DNA from: an uncultured Ruminococcus sp.
Lineage (GTDB): Bacteria; Bacillota; Clostridia; Oscillospirales; CAG-382
NCBI GenBank assembly: GCA_964630005.1
Contig: CAZVSW010000002.1
Location: 1-36,009 of the forward strand
Direction: 5' to 3'
Length of the DNA stretch: 36,009 nucleotides
The position numbers and the translations under genes are program-made. Below, in pieces: positions 24,968 through 34,275 of the stretch (its first letter is position 1; each line of letters opens with the position of its first letter). The notes under the pieces were generated by a model, which worked only from the letters and a program-made list of their open reading frames with translations, was not told the DNA's origin and did no database searches.

Positions 24968-27144
24968 TGAGCGAAAAGAAACTTGAAGTCAAAAACCTGA
25001 CAATATCATTCCGTACATCCGGCGGCAAGCTGCGCGCCGTAAGAGGCATCAACTTCGACCTCTATAAGGGCGAAACGCTGGCGATCGTCGGCGAATCAGG
25101 CTCCGGTAAATCGGTCACATCAAAAGCCATTCTCGGCATTCTTGCCGGCAATTCGATCATCGACGGCGGCGAGATCATCTACGACGGCAAGGACCTTCTG
25201 AAGATCTCCGAAGAGGATTTTCACAAGATCCGCGGCGATAAGATCGCAATGATCTTCCAGGATCCGATGTCCAGCCTTAATCCTATCGTCAAGATCGGTA
25301 AACAGCTTACCGAGGCTATGATCTTAAAGGGCAAAGCAAGACAGCGCGAGAGTAAGCTCATGTTCAATAACTATCTTGAGCTGCTCCGCACCAATATGAT
25401 CGCGGCTATAGCAAACGGTGACAGCGCAAAGGCAGATGCGATCACGCTTAAATGCAAGGATTTCAACAAGTTTGAATATAAACATCTCGACCTTGAATCC
25501 AAGTATAATTCCTGTCATTCTTCCGCCGCCGATGCTCTTGACGATATCGAAGTCATTACCTTCGAAATGAGCAAAAAGGGCGCTAAGGATGTTAATTACC
25601 GCGTTAAAAAGATCCTCAAAAACGCAAAGAATTCTATCGGCGAATACGTCGTTTCCGAAAAGGCAGAAGAGCTTACTTCGCTCATCGCAGACGTAAAAAC
25701 GGCGCTTTCGGCAGATAAGCACGGCAAGGATCTGTCATACCCCAACACCAGCGCACAGCTTTTGAAGATCGCGGACATACTCCGTGATGCGCTCGCCAAG
25801 ACAGAGCCCGACTTCTTCTCGATGGGCTATTATCTGACGTTTTGCAGCGACCCGCTCCCCGATATGCCCACAGATAAACTCAATGAATTCCTCGCCGGGT
25901 ATCATAAAGATAACTTCATGAAGGATTTCATCGCAGACGCAGAACGCGGTGTTTCGTATGCCGCAAAGACGGCCGCAGATAAAAAGCGCGAAGCCCTTGC
26001 GGTGCTTAAAAAAGAGCGCGAGGTATTTTGCGCAGAGGCTTTGGATGAGCAACAGTGCAAGAATGCCGTCGAAAACATGGCAAAAGCAGTTGAAGCCGCC
26101 ATCGACCGCCTTGAGATCGTTAAAGACGGTCTCGAATATACCTTCAGTGAAGCTATAAAGGCTTCGGTAGCGCTCTATTTCGCTTCAGTTAAGAAAAACG
26201 GCGAGGAAGCTGCGCGCTATGAGAAGCAAAAGGCAAAATACGACGCAATAGTTGCGTCCGGCAAGACCCCTAAGGAAGAGGTCGTCCCCGCTGTTATCAC
26301 TGACCTAGAAGAAGCAAAAGACGATATTCTGCGCGAGATCGACCGTATCTGCGCTCATTACGACGAGCGCCTTGCCGATTTTGCAAAGCGTGATTTCGGC
26401 GTCGAAACCGTTTCGCTCATCGATTTCTTAAAACACTGCGCTTCCGGCGTGGTTAATAAGGTGACCAAAAGCATCGCCAAGGCAAGGGCTATCAAGCTTA
26501 TGGAAGAGGTTGGTATTTCCGAGCCGCGTAAGAGATATAATCAGTATCCGTTCGAATTTTCCGGCGGTATGCGTCAGCGAATCGTCATCGCGATAGCGCT
26601 TGCGGCTGACCCTGATATTCTTATTTGCGACGAACCTACCACTGCGCTTGACGTTACCTTCCAGTCTCAGATACTCGAGCTGATCAACAAACTGAAAAAA
26701 GAGCGCAAGCTTTCGATCATATTCATTACCCACGACCTCGGCGTTGTCGCCAATATGGCCGACCGCATCGCCGTTATGTACGCCGGCAAGATCGTGGAAT
26801 ACGGTACGTCAGAGGATGTTTTCTATCGCGCCGCACATCCGTATACATGGGCGCTATTGTCTTCCATGCCTGACCTTGATACCAATGAAAAGCTCGATTC
26901 CATTCCCGGAACACCTCCGCTTATGCTTTATCCGCCGAAGGGCGACGCATTTGCGGAACGTAATAAATACGCTTTGAAGATCGACTTTGAAATGCAGCCG
27001 CCGATGTTTAAGATCAGCGACACCCACTACGCGGCTACATGGCTGTTGCATCCCAACGCGCCTCATGTCGATCCGCCGAAGATCATTCTTGACAGAATTG
27101 AACGAATGAATAACAGGAGGGCAGAAAACAGTGGAAAACAATAA
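24967..27144 (+). CDS. ABC transporter ATP-binding protein (OppD type) with a ~380-aa helical insertion
   Basis: Walker A GESGSGKS, Q-loop region IAMIFQDPMSSLNP, signature FSGGMRQR, Walker B ILICDEPTTALD and C-terminal oligopeptide domain (HPYT). About 375 extra residues lie between aa ~125 and ~500. The start overlaps the upstream stop (TGATG). Confidence 0.9.
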   Translation: MSEKKLEVKNLTISFRTSGGKLRAVRGINFDLYKGETLAIVGESGSGKSVTSKAILGILAGNSIIDGGEIIYDGKDLLKISEEDFHKIRGDKIAMIFQDPMSSLNPIVKIGKQLTEAMILKGKARQRESKLMFNNYLELLRTNMIAAIANGDSAKADAITLKCKDFNKFEYKHLDLESKYNSCHSSAADALDDIEVITFEMSKKGAKDVNYRVKKILKNAKNSIGEYVVSEKAEELTSLIADVKTALSADKHGKDLSYPNTSAQLLKIADILRDALAKTEPDFFSMGYYLTFCSDPLPDMPTDKLNEFLAGYHKDNFMKDFIADAERGVSYAAKTAADKKREALAVLKKEREVFCAEALDEQQCKNAVENMAKAVEAAIDRLEIVKDGLEYTFSEAIKASVALYFASVKKNGEEAARYEKQKAKYDAIVASGKTPKEEVVPAVITDLEEAKDDILREIDRICAHYDERLADFAKRDFGVETVSLIDFLKHCASGVVNKVTKSIAKARAIKLMEEVGISEPRKRYNQYPFEFSGGMRQRIVIAIALAADPDILICDEPTTALDVTFQSQILELINKLKKERKLSIIFITHDLGVVANMADRIAVMYAGKIVEYGTSEDVFYRAAHPYTWALLSSMPDLDTNEKLDSIPGTPPLMLYPPKGDAFAERNKYALKIDFEMQPPMFKISDTHYAATWLLHPNAPHVDPPKIILDRIERMNNRRAENSGKQ

Positions 27145-28333
27145 TGAAGTGTTGCTGCGTGTCGAAAACCTCCGTCAGTATTTCGGAAGCACAAAGGCTG
27201 TCGATGACGTAAGCTTTGATATTAAAAAGGGCGAGGCGTTCGGTCTCGTCGGCGAATCCGGCTGCGGCAAGACCACGACCGGCCGCTCGATCATCAAGTT
27301 ATATAACATTACCGGCGGAAATATCTATTTCAAGGGTATCCGCATAGGCGCAGGCATCATCGGATATAAGCAGGAGCTCTCAGAGCTTTCCGATAAGTAT
27401 TCCGAAAAGATCAAAAACGCCGCCTCGCCTGAGGAAAAGTCCAGGCTCGAAGCTGAGCTTAAAAATAAGCGCGCCGAGCTGAACGAAGCTATCCGCAAGG
27501 CAAAGTATGACCAGAAGAACTGTGATAAGGAATATCAAAAAGAGCAGGTAGCAAAGGTAAAAGAAAAATACGAAGCTCTCCGCGCAAAAAACGGCAGTAC
27601 CGCCGAGCTTGAGCAGGAATATAAAAACGAGCTCCGTAAAGCAAAGAACACCAAGCTTGTAACGCAGATACAGATGATCTTCCAGGACCCTATCGCGTCG
27701 CTCAATCCGCGTATGACAGTCCGCGAGATCATTTCCGAGGGTCTTATCATTCAGGGCGAGCGCGACCGCAAGCTCATAAACGATAAAGTAATGGAAATGC
27801 TCGATCTGGTCGGTCTCGTTGAAGAACATGCCGACCGTTATCCGCATGAATTTTCCGGCGGTCAGCGTCAGAGAATCGGCGTGGCGCGTTCCATTATCAT
27901 GAACCCCGAGCTTATCATCGCCGACGAGCCGGTATCTGCGCTTGACGTTTCAATTCAGGCGCAGGTCATCAATCTGCTTAACGACCTTCGTAAGAAGTTT
28001 AACCTGACGATCCTGTTCATCGCGCATGACCTTTCGGTCGTAAAGTACTTCTCAGACCGTATCGGCGTTATGTATTACGGCAAGATGGTCGAGCTTGCTG
28101 ATTCAGGCGAACTGTTTGCTCACCCGACGCATCCGTATACAAAATCGCTGCTTTCTGCGATCCCTCTTCCCGACCCGATCTATGAAAAGACGCGTAAGAG
28201 AATCGTCTATAATCCTCTCGCTGAGCACGATTATACCACCGAAAAACCCTCAATGCACGAGATAGTTCCCGGTCACTTTGTATATTGCAGTGACTCGGAG
28301 CTTGAAAAATATCGTGCAGAGCGTCTGCAATGA
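27131..28333 (+). CDS. ABC transporter ATP-binding protein (OppF type) with a ~95-aa charged coiled-coil-like insertion
   Basis: GTG start at 27131 with AGGAGG 11 nt upstream, overlapping the oppD-like stop by 14 nt. Motifs: Walker [42 protein letters not shown]. The insertion (aa ~75-172) is rich in K/E ([39 protein letters not shown]...). Confidence 0.88.
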   Translation: MENNNEVLLRVENLRQYFGSTKAVDDVSFDIKKGEAFGLVGESGCGKTTTGRSIIKLYNITGGNIYFKGIRIGAGIIGYKQELSELSDKYSEKIKNAASPEEKSRLEAELKNKRAELNEAIRKAKYDQKNCDKEYQKEQVAKVKEKYEALRAKNGSTAELEQEYKNELRKAKNTKLVTQIQMIFQDPIASLNPRMTVREIISEGLIIQGERDRKLINDKVMEMLDLVGLVEEHADRYPHEFSGGQRQRIGVARSIIMNPELIIADEPVSALDVSIQAQVINLLNDLRKKFNLTILFIAHDLSVVKYFSDRIGVMYYGKMVELADSGELFAHPTHPYTKSLLSAIPLPDPIYEKTRKRIVYNPLAEHDYTTEKPSMHEIVPGHFVYCSDSELEKYRAERLQ

Positions 28334-28743
28334 AGGGTGAAATAATCAAAAGCGCCAAAAGCAAATGGTTGGCCGCATCAGTGACGTTTGCCGTCCTTGT
28401 CGGTTTGATGATGCTGTATACCAATGTGTTTTCGTCTGAAGACGCCAAAGATGTATTCGGCAAGATATCCGATTGCTTTTTCGTGCCCGGTGCGCTGTAC
28501 GCCGGTTTTGCGGCTCTCAGCTGGGCGGCGTCAAAGGGAATGTTTGATTCTTTTTCGTATATTTTCCGCAATTTTTCGCTCCATTCGCTGATACCCGGTT
28601 CAATGCCGAAGAAATACATCTCTTTTTATGACTATAAGCAGGAAAAAGAGAAAAAGGGCAGGGTTTGGTATAAACACCTCCTCTTTATCGGGCTCATAGG
28701 TCTGGCTGTAAGCGCTTTGTTCCTGATCTTATATTCACTGTGA
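28330..28743 (+). CDS. Small multi-pass membrane protein (DUF3899-like)
   Basis: 137 aa. ATGA overlaps the upstream stop, which suggests translational coupling. It has hydrophobic helices and a ..FYDYKQEKEKKG.. loop. The family name is from memory only. Confidence 0.6.
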   Translation: MKGEIIKSAKSKWLAASVTFAVLVGLMMLYTNVFSSEDAKDVFGKISDCFFVPGALYAGFAALSWAASKGMFDSFSYIFRNFSLHSLIPGSMPKKYISFYDYKQEKEKKGRVWYKHLLFIGLIGLAVSALFLILYSL

Positions 28744-28766
28744 ATATAGAGCGCATGAAAACAAAT

Positions 28767-28818
28767 AGAGCTGCTCATTGCGAAGATTTTCACAATGGGC
28801 AGCTCTGTCGCATTTTTT
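28767..28818 (+). terminator. Terminator of the ABC operon
   Basis: AGAGCTGC-CATTG ... CAATG-GCAGCTCT extended hairpin (28767..28806), followed by GTCGCATTTTTTG. Confidence 0.7.
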
Positions 28819-28896
28819 GTCGGTATTTACTGTTTGACAAGGTTATCTTCGCCGCGAACCCCGCCAGATAAAATTGTCTTTTTGGGTTCTGACCCA

Positions 28897-28925
28897 TTGA
28901 CAAACATCTGACGTTGTGATACAAT
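28897..28925 (+). promoter_or_regulatory. pyr operon promoter (TTGACA-17-TGaTACAAT)
   Basis: TTGACA at 28897..28902, TG at 28917..28918 and TACAAT at 28920..28925. The leader to pyrC is about 115 nt. Confidence 0.75.
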
Positions 28926-29049
28926 GTAAAAAATACGGAAAATACGGCGTCGTCGGACGAGCGTCTCTCCGAATCGCTTTTGCTCAGTTGTTTGCGGTGC
29001 GATGCCGCTTTGTCTGAACGGGGCATTTTATTATATATGGGGGATAATG

Positions 29050-30177
29050 ATGAGGCATAATACGGAACTTGAATTCAGAAACAGCTTTTCGGCATCCGGC
29101 TATACCGTTTTACCCGGCTTTTGTGATATGCATGTGCATTTCCGTCAGCCGGGATTTATTTATAAAGAAACGATCGCGACCGGCAGCAAGGCGGCAGAAA
29201 ATGGCGGCTTTACTGCCGTTTGTACTATGCCGAACCTGAACCCGGTGCCCGACTGCTACCATAATCTGCTTCCGCAGCTTCAGGCGATTTACGAGACCGC
29301 AACGGTAAAAGTCATGCCGTACGGCGCGATAACCGTTGGCGAAAAAGGGGAAATGCTTTCCGCAATGGACGAGCTTGCACCGTGGGTCTGCGGCTTTTCA
29401 GATGACGGGCGAGGCGTTCAGGACGACGATATGATGCGCTCTGCCATGAAAAAGGCAAAGTCGCTTGGGAAGCTGATTGCGGCGCATTGTGAGGATAATT
29501 CGCTCCTTCACGGCGGATATATCCACGACGGAGAGTATGCGCGCCGTCACGGACACCGCGGAATATGCAGTGCCAGCGAGTATGCGCAGATAAAGCGCGA
29601 TCTTGAACTTGTTTCCGAAATCGGTTGTTCATATCATGTTTGTCATATATCGTGCGCCGAAAGCGTCCGGCTCATAAGAGAGGCAAAGGCGGCGGGACTT
29701 GATGTGACGTGCGAGACAGCGCCGCATTATCTTGTTCTTTCCGATAGTGATCTTGAAGAAAACGGCAACTTCAAGATGAATCCGCCGCTTCGCAGTGAAC
29801 GTGATAAAGATGCGCTTATTATGGGGATCGTAGACGGTACTATCGACGTGATAGCTACCGACCATGCACCACATTCGGCTGAAGAAAAATCACGGGGACT
29901 TGAAAAGAGCCTTTTCGGCGTGACAGGTCTGGAGCTGGCGTTCCCGTCGCTTTATACCGAGCTTGTGAAAAAAAATATAATATCTCTCGAAAAGCTGGTG
30001 GAGCTTATGAGCGTGAATCCGCATAAGCGTCTCGGCATTCCGCTGAGCGGATATTCCGCGTGGGATCTTTCCGAGGAATTCACCGTGCGACCGGAAAGAC
30101 TTGTTTCTATGGGCAAGGCCACACCGTTTGAGGGAATGAGCTTTTTCGGCGTTTGTAAAGGAGTTGTTGTAAAATAA
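29050..30177 (+). CDS. pyrC: Dihydroorotase (short N-terminus)
   Basis: Track ORF 29002..30177. ATG 29047 or 29050 follows GGGGG (29039..29043). Motifs: PGFCDMHVHFRQPG, CTMPNLNP, AHCED, ATDHAPH. Only about 25 residues precede the HxH motif. Confidence 0.9.
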   Translation: MRHNTELEFRNSFSASGYTVLPGFCDMHVHFRQPGFIYKETIATGSKAAENGGFTAVCTMPNLNPVPDCYHNLLPQLQAIYETATVKVMPYGAITVGEKGEMLSAMDELAPWVCGFSDDGRGVQDDDMMRSAMKKAKSLGKLIAAHCEDNSLLHGGYIHDGEYARRHGHRGICSASEYAQIKRDLELVSEIGCSYHVCHISCAESVRLIREAKAAGLDVTCETAPHYLVLSDSDLEENGNFKMNPPLRSERDKDALIMGIVDGTIDVIATDHAPHSAEEKSRGLEKSLFGVTGLELAFPSLYTELVKKNIISLEKLVELMSVNPHKRLGIPLSGYSAWDLSEEFTVRPERLVSMGKATPFEGMSFFGVCKGVVVK

Positions 30178-30908
30178 TGAAACAGAGCCTTTTTGATATA
30201 GTTTCAAATGAAAAGATTGCCGCCGGCGTTTATAAAATGCGATTAAGCGGCGATATTTCCGCAATAACCCGTCCGGGGCAGTTTGTGAATATAAAACTGG
30301 ACGGTTTGTACCTGAGACGTCCTATATCGGTGTGCGACGCCGATGACGGCGTTCTGACGCTTGTATATAAGGTCGTCGGCAAGGGTACGGAGCAGCTTTC
30401 GGCTATGAAAAGCGGCAGTCTCGACCTGCTTACCGGGCTCGGCAACGGATATGATGTGTCCGTCAGCGGAGACAGACCGCTCCTTATCGGCGGCGGCGTT
30501 GGAGTACCTCCGCTCTATATGCTTGCAAAACAGCTTATTTCCATGGGTAAAACAGTCAGCGTGATTCTTGGCTTCAATAAAGCCGAAGAGGTGTTTTTTG
30601 AATCGGAATTCAAACATCTCGGCGCAGAGGTGATTGTTACAACAGTTGACGGAAGCTATGGCGTAAAGGGTTTTGTGACTGCGGCGATTCCTGCGGATTA
30701 TACCCATTTTTATACCTGCGGTCCTGAGCCGATGCTCAGGGCGGTTTATTCGGCCGCAAGCACATCGGGTCAGTTCAGCTTTGAAGAACGCATGGGCTGC
30801 GGCTTCGGCGCATGTATGGGATGCAGTTGTCATACCGTTACCGGCTACAAGCGGATATGCAAGGACGGACCGGTACTTTTCAAGGAGGAAATATTATGGC
30901 GGACATGA
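30177..30908 (+). CDS. pyrK: Dihydroorotate dehydrogenase 1B electron-transfer subunit
   Basis: 243 aa with an FAD/NAD-binding fold (RRPISV, GGGVGVPP) and the C-terminal 2Fe-2S motif CGFGACMGCSC. The start overlaps the pyrC stop (TAATG). Confidence 0.92.
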   Translation: MKQSLFDIVSNEKIAAGVYKMRLSGDISAITRPGQFVNIKLDGLYLRRPISVCDADDGVLTLVYKVVGKGTEQLSAMKSGSLDLLTGLGNGYDVSVSGDRPLLIGGGVGVPPLYMLAKQLISMGKTVSVILGFNKAEEVFFESEFKHLGAEVIVTTVDGSYGVKGFVTAAIPADYTHFYTCGPEPMLRAVYSAASTSGQFSFEERMGCGFGACMGCSCHTVTGYKRICKDGPVLFKEEILWRT

Positions 30909-31822
30909 AGGTAGAGCTTTGCGGCATTACTCTTGATAACCCGGTCATTCCGGCTTCGGGCGTGTTTGGTTATGGCTATGAATATGCCGAGCTTTATGAT
31001 ATAAATATTCTTGGAACATTCTCTTTCAAGGGCACGACAAAAGATCCGCGGTTCGGTAATCCTACGCCGCGTATCGCCGAATGCACCTCCGGCATGATTA
31101 ATTCCGTCGGGCTTCAAAACCCCGGTGTTGACGCTGTTATAGATCACGAGTTGCCGCTTCTTAAAAAGTGCTTTAATAAAAAGGTCATGGCGAATATAAG
31201 CGGTTTTTCGGTCGACGATTACGTTTATACATGCGAAAAGCTTGATAAATGCGAGCAGGTCGGTTGGCTGGAGGTAAACGTAAGCTGTCCTAATGTTCAT
31301 GGCGGCGGTATGAGCTTCGGCACTCTGCCCGAATCGGCGTTTGAAGTAACAAAGGCGGTGAAGGCGGTCACGTCAAAGCCCGTTATCGTCAAGCTTACGC
31401 CGAATGTTACCGATGTGGTCTCGATCGCAAAGGCGTGCGAGGAGGCGGGCGCAGACGGTATCAGCCTTATAAATACGCTTCTCGGTATGCGCATAAATTT
31501 AAAAACAAAAAAACCGGTGATCGCCAATACTATGGGCGGCTTTTCGGGAAGCGCGGTATTTCCCGTGGCGGTGAGAATGGTATATCAGGTGTCACAGGCG
31601 GTCAGTATTCCTGTCGTCGGCATGGGGGGCGTAAGCTCTGCCGAGGACGTTATCGAAATGATGCTCGCTGGCGCGACAGCAGTAGAAGTCGGCGCGGCTA
31701 ACCTTATAAATCCATATGCCTGCCGCGATATAATCGAATCGCTCCCTGCGGCTATGGAAAAATACGGAATAAATTCACTTAAAGATATAATCGGAGGAAT
31801 GAAACAATGGGAAAAGATGTAA
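30896..31822 (+). CDS. pyrD: Dihydroorotate dehydrogenase 1B catalytic subunit
   Basis: Track ORF 30812..31822 trimmed to ATG 30896, with AGGAGG at 30883..30888. Sequence: MADMKVELCGITLDNPVIPASGVFGYG..NSVGLQNPG..EVNVSCPNV..GGFSGSAVFPVA. Confidence 0.93.
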   Translation: MADMKVELCGITLDNPVIPASGVFGYGYEYAELYDINILGTFSFKGTTKDPRFGNPTPRIAECTSGMINSVGLQNPGVDAVIDHELPLLKKCFNKKVMANISGFSVDDYVYTCEKLDKCEQVGWLEVNVSCPNVHGGGMSFGTLPESAFEVTKAVKAVTSKPVIVKLTPNVTDVVSIAKACEEAGADGISLINTLLGMRINLKTKKPVIANTMGGFSGSAVFPVAVRMVYQVSQAVSIPVVGMGGVSSAEDVIEMMLAGATAVEVGAANLINPYACRDIIESLPAAMEKYGINSLKDIIGGMKQWEKM

Positions 31823-32505
31823 TTGTTGCGTGCGATTTTGCCGGACGGAATGAAGTTATGAGCTTTCTCGATCTGTTTACGGATAAAAAGCCGTTTGTGA
31901 AGATCGGTATGGAGCTGTTTTATGCTGAAGGACCGCAGATCGTCAGAGATATCAAAGCGAGAGGGCATAAGATATTCCTCGATCTCAAACTGCACGATAT
32001 TCCCAATACCGTAATGAAGGCGATGAAGGTGCTTTCGAATCTTGATGTCGATATGTGCAACCTCCATGCGGCAGGCGCTTCGGCAATGATGGAAGGCGCG
32101 CTTAAGGGGCTTACCCGTCCGGACGGCAGCCGTCCGCTGCTTATTGCGGTAACTCAGCTCACTTCGACCGACAGCGAAGCGCTGAAAAACGAGCTGCTTA
32201 TTGACGCACCTATGGAAGAGGTGGTCATGAGCTACGCCGAAAACGCCAAAAAGTCCGGTCTTGACGGAGTAGTCTGCTCGCCGCTTGAGGCAAAGGCTGT
32301 TCACGAGCGCTGTGGAAGCTCTTTCCTTACAGTAACGCCGGGCGTAAGATTTGCCGGCGGCGATGTGGGCGATCAGAAGCGTATCATGACCCCTGAGCAG
32401 GCCAGGCTTATCGGCTCTGACTATATTGTTGTCGGCCGTCCCATAACGGCGGCTGAAGACCCTGTGGCAGCTTATGAATACTGCCTTAAAGCATTTGTTG
32501 ACTGA
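31807..32505 (+). CDS. pyrF: Orotidine 5'-phosphate decarboxylase
   Basis: 232 aa with VACDF, KIGMELF, FLDLKLHDIPNTV and IVVGRPIT motifs. GGAGGA lies upstream. It overlaps the pyrD end by 16 nt. Confidence 0.93.
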   Translation: MGKDVIVACDFAGRNEVMSFLDLFTDKKPFVKIGMELFYAEGPQIVRDIKARGHKIFLDLKLHDIPNTVMKAMKVLSNLDVDMCNLHAAGASAMMEGALKGLTRPDGSRPLLIAVTQLTSTDSEALKNELLIDAPMEEVVMSYAENAKKSGLDGVVCSPLEAKAVHERCGSSFLTVTPGVRFAGGDVGDQKRIMTPEQARLIGSDYIVVGRPITAAEDPVAAYEYCLKAFVD

Positions 32506-32515
32506 GGAGAAGAAC

Positions 32516-33151
32516 ATGAAAGACATACAGATCAAAATAGCAAAAGACCTTCTTGGCGTAAAGGCGGTGTTCTTTCGCCCCGACGAGCCGTTTACCTGGG
32601 CGAGCGGCATCAAAAGCCCCGTTTATTGCGATAACCGCCTGACGCTCACCGACGTAGCCGTAAGAAACGACGTTGAAAACGCGCTTGCCGAAACAATTAA
32701 AAGGGAATACCCCGACTGCGAGGTGCTCATGGGCACTTCTACCGCAGGTATTGCTCATGCCGCGATCGTCGGTCATATTTTGGGTATGCCTATGGGATAT
32801 GTACGTTCGGGTGCAAAGGATCACGGCAGACAGAACCAGATCGAAGGCAGACTTGAAAAGGGACAAAAAGTTGTTGTAGTCGAAGACCTCATAAGCACCG
32901 GCGGCAGTGTGCTTGAAGTTGTTGAGGTTCTCAGAGAGGCGGGCGCGGATGTGCTTGGCATTGTGAGCATATTCACATATGGAATGAAAAAGGGGCTTGA
33001 ACGCCTTGCCGCCGCAAATGTAAAGAACATTTCGCTCACCAATTTCGACGTAATTGCAGAGCAGGCGGCAGAAGAGGGATATATTCGCCCCGAAGACGTA
33101 AAGAGCCTTATCTCGTTCCGCGACGACCCCGCAAATTGGTACAGAGGCTGA
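32516..33151 (+). CDS. pyrE: Orotate phosphoribosyltransferase
   Basis: Track ORF 32474..33151 trimmed to ATG 32516, with GAGGAGA upstream. Sequence includes FTWASGIKSPVYCDNR and the PRPP loop VVVVEDLISTGGS. Confidence 0.92.
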   Translation: MKDIQIKIAKDLLGVKAVFFRPDEPFTWASGIKSPVYCDNRLTLTDVAVRNDVENALAETIKREYPDCEVLMGTSTAGIAHAAIVGHILGMPMGYVRSGAKDHGRQNQIEGRLEKGQKVVVVEDLISTGGSVLEVVEVLREAGADVLGIVSIFTYGMKKGLERLAAANVKNISLTNFDVIAEQAAEEGYIRPEDVKSLISFRDDPANWYRG

Positions 33152-33154
33152 GCT

Positions 33155-34219
33155 ATGGCCCGAAGTCTGATTGATATCCTCGACCTTTCGGTATCGGAGA
33201 TCGATGGGCTGATTGCCACCGCTTGCGACATAATGAAAAATCCCGAAGTGTATTCGGATCTCTGCCACGGCAAAAAGTTGGCGACGCTGTTTTATGAGCC
33301 GTCAACGCGAACGAGGCTTAGCTTTGAGGCGGCAATGCTGGAACTCGGCGGCAGTGTGCTCGGCTTTTCCGAGGCACAGTCGTCTTCGGCTTCGAAGGGC
33401 GAGACCGTCGGCGATACCGCGCGCATAGTAAGCTGTTATGCCGATATTATCGCCATGCGTCACCCGCTTGAAGGCGCGCCTATGGCGGCGGCTCAAAGCG
33501 CGTCCGTGCCGGTCATCAACGCGGGCGACGGCGGTCATTACCACCCGACGCAGACGCTTACCGACCTTATGACTATAAAGATCGAAAACGGTCGGCTCGA
33601 TAACCTTACCGTCGCTTTTTGCGGCGATCTGAAATACGGCAGAACGGTGCATTCGCTTATCGCGGCTCTGAGCCGCTATGAGGGCATCAGGCTGGTGCTT
33701 GTTTCGCCGCCCGAGCTCCGCTTGCCGGACTATATCAAGGACGGGATAATAGCAAAGAATTCGATGCAGTACGAAGAGACGGAGTCCCTCGAAGAGGCAC
33801 TTGGGGAGGCAGATGTGCTCTATATGACGCGTATACAGGGCGAGCGTTTTGCCGATAAGAGCGAATATGAGCGCCTTAAGGGCAGCTATGTGCTGGATAC
33901 CGGGAAAATGAAGCTTGCGAAAGAAGATATGCGCGTTTTGCACCCTCTGCCGAGGGTGGACGAGATCTCACATGCTGTTGATAAGGACGCCCGCGCAGGC
34001 TATTTCAGGCAGGCAATGTACGGCAAATATATCCGTATGGCGCTGATACTGAAGCTTCTTTTTGAGACCGGGAACGACAGTAAAACAAGTTTTGAGATAG
34101 GGACTATGCACTGCAAGAACACGCGCTGTATAAGCTGTAACGAAAAAGAGCTTGAAGCCGCATATTACTGCGACTCCGACGGTGTGAAGCACTGCGCATA
34201 CTGCGAGCAGGTTTTATAA
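33155..34219 (+). CDS. pyrB: Aspartate carbamoyltransferase catalytic chain with a fused C-terminal PyrI-type zinc domain
   Basis: 354 aa with PyrB motifs ([22 protein letters not shown]). PyrB-like sequence ends near aa 305 (..[11 protein letters not shown]). A linker follows, then [37 protein letters not shown] (34106..34216). Confidence 0.9.
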   Translation: MARSLIDILDLSVSEIDGLIATACDIMKNPEVYSDLCHGKKLATLFYEPSTRTRLSFEAAMLELGGSVLGFSEAQSSSASKGETVGDTARIVSCYADIIAMRHPLEGAPMAAAQSASVPVINAGDGGHYHPTQTLTDLMTIKIENGRLDNLTVAFCGDLKYGRTVHSLIAALSRYEGIRLVLVSPPELRLPDYIKDGIIAKNSMQYEETESLEEALGEADVLYMTRIQGERFADKSEYERLKGSYVLDTGKMKLAKEDMRVLHPLPRVDEISHAVDKDARAGYFRQAMYGKYIRMALILKLLFETGNDSKTSFEIGTMHCKNTRCISCNEKELEAAYYCDSDGVKHCAYCEQVL

Positions 34220-34234
34220 ATGTGATAAATACAA

Positions 34235-34273
34235 AGTGGCTGAGTCAGAAATTTGACTCAGCCACTGTTTTTT
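34235..34273. terminator. Terminator shared by pyrB (+) and the convergent LRR gene (-)
   Basis: 13-bp stem AGTGGCTGAGTCA / TGACTCAGCCACT with a 6-nt loop, then GTTTTTT on the plus strand. Confidence 0.88.
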
Positions 34274-34275
34274 AA

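Noticed and set aside
28790-29026. 78-aa minus-strand ORF in the ABC/pyr intergenic region.
   Set aside because: It spans the ABC operon terminator and the pyr promoter and leader, and it has no RBS. The region is better explained as regulatory.
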